Below, piece after piece: positions 57,340-64,000 of a stretch of DNA of 64,000 nt. The DNA is taken from the IMG/VR virus record IMGVR_UViG_3300037067_026316; one strand, given 5' to 3'. Numbering within the stretch: position 1 is the first letter of the stretch; each line of letters starts with the position of its first letter. The stretch comes from an uncultured virus (IMG/VR IMGVR_UViG_3300037067_026316). Taxonomy: Duplodnaviria; Heunggongvirae; Uroviricota; Caudoviricetes. A program made the translations under genes and the position numbers. The notes beneath the pieces were generated by a model, which made no database searches, was not told the origin of the DNA, and saw only the letters and a list, made by a program, of their open reading frames with translations.

Positions 57340-60020
57340 TCACTCCTTTTATAGAGGGAAAAAAGGCCATGATTGAGATTAGATTAGGAATTACAAAATC
57401 ACCAAACAAGCAAGATAGATACTTCCTCTTCTCAAAAAGGAAAAACGAAGAGCTTGAAGAGATAGGATTCTATTATGACTATGCCAGAGAAGGATATAGA
57501 AGGCCATTTGATATTGAAATTGTAAAAGAATTAGCAAAGCATCCTTTAAAATATGAGATAGCAGAATCCGTATTAAATCAATATAAATATGAAACAGCAA
57601 AAATAAGACCTTATCCATTCTTTCACGAATCTGATTTAAAAATAGATCTTTTGCCATTCCAGCAAGAAGGCATGGATTTTATTTTAAAAACCGGAAGCTG
57701 TATAATTGCAGATCAAATGGGATTGGGAAAAGCTCAAAGCTTAGATGCTAAAATTTTAACTTCTATTGGCTGGAAACCAATGGGCGAAATCAAAATAGGA
57801 GATTATGTTATTGGTTCTAATGGTAGAGAGAGAAGAGTCTTAGGAGTATATCCTCAAGGAGAAAAGGATATCTATAAGATAACCTTCGATGATGAATGTT
57901 CTACTGAATGCTGCGATGAACATTTGTGGACTGTAATTACAGATTCTAAGGAGCAAAAAACATTACCTCTTTCAGAGATCAGAAAAAGCGCTTATCATAA
58001 TTATTGTATTCCTATAATAAAGCCTGTCCATTTTAATCAAATTGAAAAGCTCCCTATAGACCCTTATTTATTAGGAGTTCTATTAGGATCAGGTAGTCTA
58101 ATTCAAGACCCATCTTTTTCTACTTTTGATGATGAAATATTAGACTATATTAATGAATCTTTGCCCAAAGGTCATGTCATAAAATATAAAGGCGATTCTG
58201 ATTATAGAATAACTACTAATAAGAGCCCTGATAAAAGAATAGGATCTAATAAAATAAGGAATAATTTAAAAATTATGGGGCTTCTTAAAAAGAAATCTAA
58301 TACTAAATTTATACCTAACGCATATAAATTTGCTTTTATTAGAAATAGGGAAGCTATGCTTCAGGGTCTATTAGATGCAAACGGACATATTGAAGAAGAA
58401 AGTATAAAATATACAACAACTTCAAAACAACTTGCAGAAGATATTCAATTCCTAGTTCAATCTTTAGGTGGAATTGCTTATATAAAATTTAAGCCTACAA
58501 GATGCCAATTATATTGTAATATGAAAATATTATTACCAGATTCCATTGAACCCTTTAAAACTACCAAGAAGATCGATAATTATAAAAGAGGAGCCAATCC
58601 AACTAGATCCATAGTAAGTATTGAATATATAGGGAAAAAAGAAGCACAATGTATATGGGTAAATTCTAAAGATAATCTTTATGCAACGGATAGTTGTATT
58701 TTAACTCACAATACCCCTACAGCTTTAGCAGCAATAGAAAAATGGGGTGCTAAATGTTTAGTTGTCTCTAGATCTTCTCTCCTCCGACAATGGGGATCAG
58801 AGATCGAAAAATTTACTAATAGTACATATGAAATTATAGAGGGATCTATAAAAAAGAGAGAACTAGCCTGGGATTCTGCTATTCGGACTCCTGTTCATTA
58901 TGCTATTGTCTCATATGATATACTGAGATCTAAAAATGATAGAGCTGCAGCTAAAAGGTATATAGATAATAACGGAGTATGTATTTACGACGAAATAACA
59001 ATGGTAAAAAATATAAAATCCAGCAGAGCAAAAGCAATTAGAGGGTTAAAGCCTCATAATATTATCGGCCTTACAGGAACCCCCTATGAAAATCATTTAG
59101 ATGAATATTATCAGATATTTTCTTTAGTAAAACCCGGCCTATTACCACCTTTTGAGATTTACAAAGACATGTTTACCATCAGGCATAGCCAAGTAATCCA
59201 AACTAAGAGTGGTAGAACTTTTACCTTAGAAAGGATCGAAAAAGAAATTAATTTAGATGTTTTAAAAAAAATGGTAGCTCCTGCAATGATCAGGAGAGAG
59301 AGGAAAGATGTACTAAACCTTCCACCATCAGAACCGGTAATTCATACAGTAGGTATGAGCAGGGTTCAGAGAGAGATTGAAACCATGCTTATTAAAGGAG
59401 CTAAGAAGCATGAAGATCTTAAACTTCCATTTTTTACTTTTGGGCTGGAGAATGCAATATCTCCAGCATTAATAAGATCAGATCAGATTACAGACTATAT
59501 TGATTTGCTTCCTTTAATTGATAAACTAGTTGATGTAGAAAAATCGATAGATGAAGAATCTACTATAGCTTCTATGACTCCCAGGATAGAAGAAATAGGT
59601 TCTATCCTGGATGAATCTGGAAACTTAAAGATTGCTATATATAGCCGCTACACAAGAGCATTAGATCTTATAGATAATCTTATATTAAAATCAAGAGATA
59701 TAGATGCTGCATATTTTACAGGAAGTATTAGAGAACTAAATAAATTTAACGATAGTGACAGCAGAGTTCTACTTATGAGTGGAGCGGGAGCCTATGGCCT
59801 TAATATTCAGCATAATTGCCATATTATGATATTGGTAGACAAACCCTTTAACCCTGCAATCCTAGAACAGGTAAAAGGCAGAATTGACAGAATTGGACAA
59901 ACTCATGCTATGCAATACCACGAATTCAATACAAATTCAATTATAGAACAAAAAGCATATGATATTATCAATAGAAAAGGTACTACGTCAGCAATATTAT
60001 TAGCAAAGGATGTGATGTAA
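57327..60020 (+). CDS. SNF2-family helicase containing an intein
   Basis: LLPFQQEG, IIADQMGLGK|T split by the intein, YDEI, LTGTPYEN, MIRR, GLNIQ, QVKGRIDRIGQ. Confidence 0.92.
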   Translation: MEFLITPFIEGKKAMIEIRLGITKSPNKQDRYFLFSKRKNEELEEIGFYYDYAREGYRRPFDIEIVKELAKHPLKYEIAESVLNQYKYETAKIRPYPFFHESDLKIDLLPFQQEGMDFILKTGSCIIADQMGLGKAQSLDAKILTSIGWKPMGEIKIGDYVIGSNGRERRVLGVYPQGEKDIYKITFDDECSTECCDEHLWTVITDSKEQKTLPLSEIRKSAYHNYCIPIIKPVHFNQIEKLPIDPYLLGVLLGSGSLIQDPSFSTFDDEILDYINESLPKGHVIKYKGDSDYRITTNKSPDKRIGSNKIRNNLKIMGLLKKKSNTKFIPNAYKFAFIRNREAMLQGLLDANGHIEEESIKYTTTSKQLAEDIQFLVQSLGGIAYIKFKPTRCQLYCNMKILLPDSIEPFKTTKKIDNYKRGANPTRSIVSIEYIGKKEAQCIWVNSKDNLYATDSCILTHNTPTALAAIEKWGAKCLVVSRSSLLRQWGSEIEKFTNSTYEIIEGSIKKRELAWDSAIRTPVHYAIVSYDILRSKNDRAAAKRYIDNNGVCIYDEITMVKNIKSSRAKAIRGLKPHNIIGLTGTPYENHLDEYYQIFSLVKPGLLPPFEIYKDMFTIRHSQVIQTKSGRTFTLERIEKEINLDVLKKMVAPAMIRRERKDVLNLPPSEPVIHTVGMSRVQREIETMLIKGAKKHEDLKLPFFTFGLENAISPALIRSDQITDYIDLLPLIDKLVDVEKSIDEESTIASMTPRIEEIGSILDESGNLKIAIYSRYTRALDLIDNLILKSRDIDAAYFTGSIRELNKFNDSDSRVLLMSGAGAYGLNIQHNCHIMILVDKPFNPAILEQVKGRIDRIGQTHAMQYHEFNTNSIIEQKAYDIINRKGTTSAILLAKDVM
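57732..58712 (+). mobile_element. Class 3-type intein (327 aa) with degenerate LAGLIDADG endonuclease
   Basis: Starts AQSLDAKILT..GW, block B CCDEHLW, block F AQCI, ends LTHN followed by Thr; endonuclease blocks LLGVLLGSG and LQGLLDANG. Confidence 0.9.
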
Positions 60021-60058
60021 ATGATAGAAATAGAGTACATAGCTACTATATAAGACTT

Positions 60059-60211
60059 ATGCCCAAGAAAGACATCGCGGTAATTCAACTGAGAACGGCT
60101 ACAAGAGAACGCCTTAAGGAAATTGGTACGAAAGGAGAAAGCTATGATGAGATTATCATTAGATTGTTGGATGAGCATAATAAAGGCGGGGCATGCTCCT
60201 CTCACGACTGA
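60059..60211 (+). CDS. Small archaeal-type RHH-like protein (50 aa)
   Basis: Hand-translated MPKKDIAVIQLRTATRERLKEIGTKGESYDEIIIRLLDEH; similar to the 51064-51441 product. Confidence 0.65.
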   Translation: MPKKDIAVIQLRTATRERLKEIGTKGESYDEIIIRLLDEHNKGGACSSHD

Positions 60212-60250
60212 AGTCGCGAGTATCCGCTGCCCCTGCACCCCGAGGTTTTC
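60186..60250. mobile_element. Possible IS200/IS605-like end hairpin remnant
   Basis: GC-rich CTCACGAC-TGAA-GTCGCGAG hairpin (60201-60220) inside a GGGGCA/TGCCCC stem; no transposase nearby. Confidence 0.4.
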
Positions 60251-60700
60251 ATGAATATTGGATGGGAATATGAAAGAGATAATGGAGAACTAAATAAAAT
60301 CATTATCTCTGAAGGTATAGACCAGAAGGTATATGCTATAACATGCCCAAAGTGCGGCTGCCATAGGATTGCTCTTATAGGCTTTGGAAAAGAAGCTATA
60401 CATGGTAGAGCCCTAAATGGAATAACAGAAATTGAAACTTCTTCTGATGAAATTGAAGTCCTAATATTTAAATGTAATAAATGTAAGGAAGAAGTAAAAT
60501 ATGGAGCAGACAATGCTATTGCGCTTTTAAACAGATTTGCATCAGCTATAGATAAGGAATTGAATATATTAATAGGAGAAGCTGCAAAACTTTTTCCTGA
60601 TGTTGATATAACTGAAAAAGGAGCTATCGTAAAGCTATTAAATGATCATGCAACATTATTAGAGATAATAAAAGTCAGGAAGGAAGGTAGAGAGAAATGA
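60251..60700 (+). CDS. Zinc-ribbon protein
   Basis: CPKCG...CNKC. Confidence 0.6.
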   Translation: MNIGWEYERDNGELNKIIISEGIDQKVYAITCPKCGCHRIALIGFGKEAIHGRALNGITEIETSSDEIEVLIFKCNKCKEEVKYGADNAIALLNRFASAIDKELNILIGEAAKLFPDVDITEKGAIVKLLNDHATLLEIIKVRKEGREK

Positions 60701-61002
60701 ATAAAAAAGGATACCATTTGATTATTCTAACTTCTAAGTTAGAAATAATTGTACTATCAGCTAAGTCTAAAGAAGCAGCTAGGGCTGCAGATCTCCTCAT
60801 AAGAGGAGAAGATAGAGAAAAAGCCGAAGCTGGAAATGATATAAAGAAGTTGATAGGCTCCTGGTTGATAGATGTAGATACAGGTAATGTAATAGAAGCA
60901 TATGGACTCAGATGCAAGAATGTAGATCCTGAAGAATACGGCTATATTAGAATGAATACGTTACCCAATGGAACCATAGATAATCCACCATTATTTTATT
61001 AG
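60697..61002 (+). CDS. Hypothetical protein
   Basis: ATGA overlap with the previous gene. Confidence 0.55.
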   Translation: MNKKGYHLIILTSKLEIIVLSAKSKEAARAADLLIRGEDREKAEAGNDIKKLIGSWLIDVDTGNVIEAYGLRCKNVDPEEYGYIRMNTLPNGTIDNPPLFY

Positions 61003-61248
61003 GAGATTTCTATGAGAGCATGGTGTTCATTCTGCAGGGAGCATGTAGAACTCTTACCTGAAAAAGGAGACTTGGAACCTAGATGTTCTAAATGTAAGAA
61101 TAGAATTCCTGCAGGAAATCAGAAATGGAATCCTCGATATGTGGACACAAGATGATTATCAAGAAGATTTCTTTTCTTCTTATTGTAGAGAAGAATGGAA
61201 ATCTTTTTATGAAAGTTCAATGTGTCCTAGTCCTTTAGGAGGGATTGC

Positions 61249-61971
61249 ATGAAGGTAATGGGTATTACTGATCTATCTACTGTAGATTGGCCGGGAAAGG
61301 CAGCAACTATTATATTCTTCTTTGGATGCCCTCTAGCATGCCCGAGATGCCACAATAAGAACTTCCTGGGAGAACTAAAAGATCTCTCTAGAAAGCAAAT
61401 TGTTGAAGTTATCAAAGAGAATTCAAAAGTAGTTGATGCTGTTATTTTCTCAGGAGGAGAAGCTTCTCAGCATGCAGTAGATCTTTCTCATATAGGAAGA
61501 GAAGCAAAAGATTTAGGCTTAATGGTAGGAATAGAGACCTCAGGCATTTATCCAAATAATTTAAATCTAATGCTTGAATCTAATGCGTTAGATAAGGTGT
61601 TCTTGGATGTAAAAGGCCCCTTGTATGAAGGCGGATTGCTATTAAAAAAGAGGATAGGTAATACAATGGAAGACCCTGCCCTACCTATAGCAAGAAGCTT
61701 AACCCATATAATTAGAACGGGAACACCTCTAGAATTAAGAATGACAGTGTTTCCTGATTACCCTGATGAGAATGAAATAAAGAAGGTATTTAGAGATATA
61801 GGATCTATATTCCTGATGAATAAAAGGCCTATAGAATATAGACTCCTTCGCGGTATGCCTATAGATGGAGATTTTAAACCTTTATCAATGCAAGAGTTAG
61901 CAGATATAGCTGCTAGAATAGAAAAGCATCTATGGGGTCTAGGTGCTAAAATATCGATTGGTGCAAAATGA
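61249..61971 (+). CDS. Anaerobic ribonucleotide reductase activating radical SAM protein (NrdG-like)
   Basis: STVDWPGK..IFFFGCPLACPRCHN, VIFSGGEA, IETSG, LDVKG. Confidence 0.85.
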   Translation: MKVMGITDLSTVDWPGKAATIIFFFGCPLACPRCHNKNFLGELKDLSRKQIVEVIKENSKVVDAVIFSGGEASQHAVDLSHIGREAKDLGLMVGIETSGIYPNNLNLMLESNALDKVFLDVKGPLYEGGLLLKKRIGNTMEDPALPIARSLTHIIRTGTPLELRMTVFPDYPDENEIKKVFRDIGSIFLMNKRPIEYRLLRGMPIDGDFKPLSMQELADIAARIEKHLWGLGAKISIGAK

Positions 61972-62837
61972 GACCAAATTTTAAGGACTTCCTAACCGTA
62001 AGGGACGGATATTCCATTTTGGGATATCCATCCTCTATTATCTCATTAAATCCTTACGGCAGGGGCTGCAATTATAATTGCCTATATTGCCATCAGAGAT
62101 ATTGTATAAAAGGAAATGGTGTTGCTGCTGATGAAAATACTTTCCTAGAAAAACTAGAGAGGGGACTGGAAGGAAAGTTAATGAAAAAAGCTTTTCAAAA
62201 TCAAAATTGGCTTTTCATAGGTGACCGTACAGAATGCTTTGGTCCCTTTGAGGAACAATATAAACTTTCATTAAAAGCTATGAAGTTGTTAAATAAATAT
62301 AATTATAGATATGGAATAATGACAAAATCCAATTTGGTAGGCACGGACCAATATATAAAACAATTAAGAAAGAATACAGAATTACAAATATCAGTAAGTA
62401 CTCCAATAGATTATTGCAGTAGAATAATGGAACAAGGGGCTCCTACTACTAGCCAAAGATTAAAGGTAGCTGGAATAATTAAAAATTTAGGATTCAATGT
62501 AGTAATAAGAGTTGAACCAGTTTTTCCAGATAGACCTGACTATTTTTATAGTTTTGGAAGAAATCAAAGGTCAGCATCAAAATTTGTATATTGGAATAAT
62601 ACTTTAATATATCAAATATTCGATAGAGGTGTAAGAGATATAATAGTCCATATGCTGCAGGCTCATTGGCCTATGTTCTCAGAAATAAAAAAAGCATTTG
62701 AATTTGATTTAAGGCCTTTTTATAAAGAGAATGGTACAATGATTCCTTATTATTCTATATTAGAGAAAGATTATTATTACAATCAAATAAAGTCATTAGC
62801 AGAGCGCTATAAAATACATGCAACAATCATAAGTTAA
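61968..62837 (+). CDS. Radical SAM protein, spore photoproduct lyase-like
   Basis: LNPYGRGCNYNCLYC, MTKS, EQGAPTT.QRL, RVEPVFP. Confidence 0.8.
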   Translation: MRPNFKDFLTVRDGYSILGYPSSIISLNPYGRGCNYNCLYCHQRYCIKGNGVAADENTFLEKLERGLEGKLMKKAFQNQNWLFIGDRTECFGPFEEQYKLSLKAMKLLNKYNYRYGIMTKSNLVGTDQYIKQLRKNTELQISVSTPIDYCSRIMEQGAPTTSQRLKVAGIIKNLGFNVVIRVEPVFPDRPDYFYSFGRNQRSASKFVYWNNTLIYQIFDRGVRDIIVHMLQAHWPMFSEIKKAFEFDLRPFYKENGTMIPYYSILEKDYYYNQIKSLAERYKIHATIIS

Positions 62838-62941
62838 GCTTTTATACTATAGCAGCATAATTAGATGCTATAGGAGAAAAGATAACGAATGGCTGAAGAA
62901 GATTATATTTTTGCTAAACCAGTAATTCCCGCTATTGGAAC

Positions 62942-63364
62942 ATGTACAAAAATAAAGAGCATCAGATGTTTTATCAAGGGAAACATCTTAAAAGAATGGG
63001 GCCTTATAAAATGAAAGAACAAACTTGCTTTAACTGCAGGTATGCAGACGTATATCCCGGAACTCCGGATGTATTCTATCTACCTAATGGAGACCCTGGT
63101 TATCCTGGAGACCCTCCAGAGGCAATGTGTACAGATCCTTTAGCTTCCTTTTTAAAGGAGGAATACGAAGACTTGATAGATATATATCAGCATCTAATAA
63201 GATCTCTATTTAGAAAAGAATTCGAACTAGAAGACAAAGGATTCTTAAAACTAAGCGCTTCTCAACTATGTCGAATAGAGAATAATCTAAATGTAGAACT
63301 TGATTTTGCTATCTATTGTCCTATGTATGAGTACGATAGAAAAAAAAGACGTAGAATACTATGA
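62942..63364 (+). CDS. Hypothetical Cys-containing protein
   Basis: CFNC...GDPGYPGDPPE.C...FA.YC. Confidence 0.55.
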   Translation: MYKNKEHQMFYQGKHLKRMGPYKMKEQTCFNCRYADVYPGTPDVFYLPNGDPGYPGDPPEAMCTDPLASFLKEEYEDLIDIYQHLIRSLFRKEFELEDKGFLKLSASQLCRIENNLNVELDFAIYCPMYEYDRKKRRRIL

Positions 63365-63373
63365 TAGTGAAAT

Positions 63374-63748
63374 ATGCAAAGACTGCGAATGCATATCTTG
63401 CCAGTTGAAGAGGTGACGATGAATAATATAATATGGTCTTTTACCCCTTTTTCAATAGATGAATTAAGTCCATATATTAACTGGAATTCAATAAAAAGAA
63501 AAAGATACTTTTATATAAGAGAAAATAAAAAAGATAGCAGTTTACATCTTAGAATTGCAACTCTAAAATCTTGCGGACAGAAGATCTCCATGGATTTAAA
63601 TCATAAGTATCTAAATATAAGCAATCTTGAACTAGCTGAATCGGTTGCTATGTCAAAGATAAATGGAGATTCATATAAAAATGACCATAGTATAAATAAA
63701 AGAATAAAAACAGCTTTAGAAAAAGCGTTAAAAGAGAATCTAATATAG
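63374..63748 (+). CDS. Hypothetical protein
   Basis: ORF track only. Confidence 0.45.
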   Translation: MQRLRMHILPVEEVTMNNIIWSFTPFSIDELSPYINWNSIKRKRYFYIRENKKDSSLHLRIATLKSCGQKISMDLNHKYLNISNLELAESVAMSKINGDSYKNDHSINKRIKTALEKALKENLI

Positions 63749-64000
63749 CCGGAGGAAAAATGAGCCCTGATGAAGAAGAGCTAAAACGCTACAGAGAACA
63801 TATAAATAAAATATTAGATTTCAGCAACAACCAAAATGCGCAAATTTATCCAGTAGTAATTCCAGATAGTAAAAAATATCAATATTTATGGTGCAAATGG
63901 AGCATAGAGAGGAAAGAATGACCGTGATTGATGAGATCAAAGAATCGCAGGATAAATTTAAGCTAGCATACTTATTAGATCCTAGACACCGATGCTCTAC

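Noticed and set aside
470..61415. Many short antisense or nested ORFs in the track (e.g. 470-673, 1172-1366, 9870-10178, 33176-33457, 35885-36271, 60202-60513)
   Set aside because: Almost all are shadow ORFs overlapping well-supported genes, and none (including the intergenic 470-673) has an RBS or recognisable motif.
1..64000. Integrase, att sites or host genes indicating a provirus
   Set aside because: None recognised; the whole window looks viral, so lifestyle cannot be determined.

Overview
This 64 kb AT-rich window is most of the genome of a tailed dsDNA virus with a contractile tail (myovirus-like). The host is probably a methanogenic archaeon. That is inferred from TATA-type promoters, GGTG-type ribosome-binding sites, an archaeal-type thymidylate synthase and small archaeal-type DNA-binding proteins. 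Layout: terminase (952-2538); a ~3.5 kb accessory insert; head module (portal, MuF-like protein, DUF2213 protease, major capsid; 6117-11975); fibre genes and a complete diversity-generating retroelement (target/VR, TR, RT; 15890-18826); neck, tail and baseplate genes (19290-41279) with a -1 frameshift site in the tail chaperone; then nucleotide metabolism and replication genes (ThyA, dTMP kinase, UDG-DnaE fusion, ParB, Cas4-like nuclease, intein-containing SNF2 helicase, two radical SAM proteins). The top candidate for an unusual system is in the terminase-portal insert: a stand-alone Cas7/RAMP-like gene (2603-3292), followed two genes later by a non-coding array of GGY trinucleotides alternating with variable dinucleotides (4320-4484). 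There is no CRISPR array or cas operon. This suggests a virus-encoded RNA-guided system that reads a non-contiguous code. One 100-N assembly gap (24827-24926) interrupts a large fibre gene. All protein assignments come from motif recognition by eye; no database searches were run.
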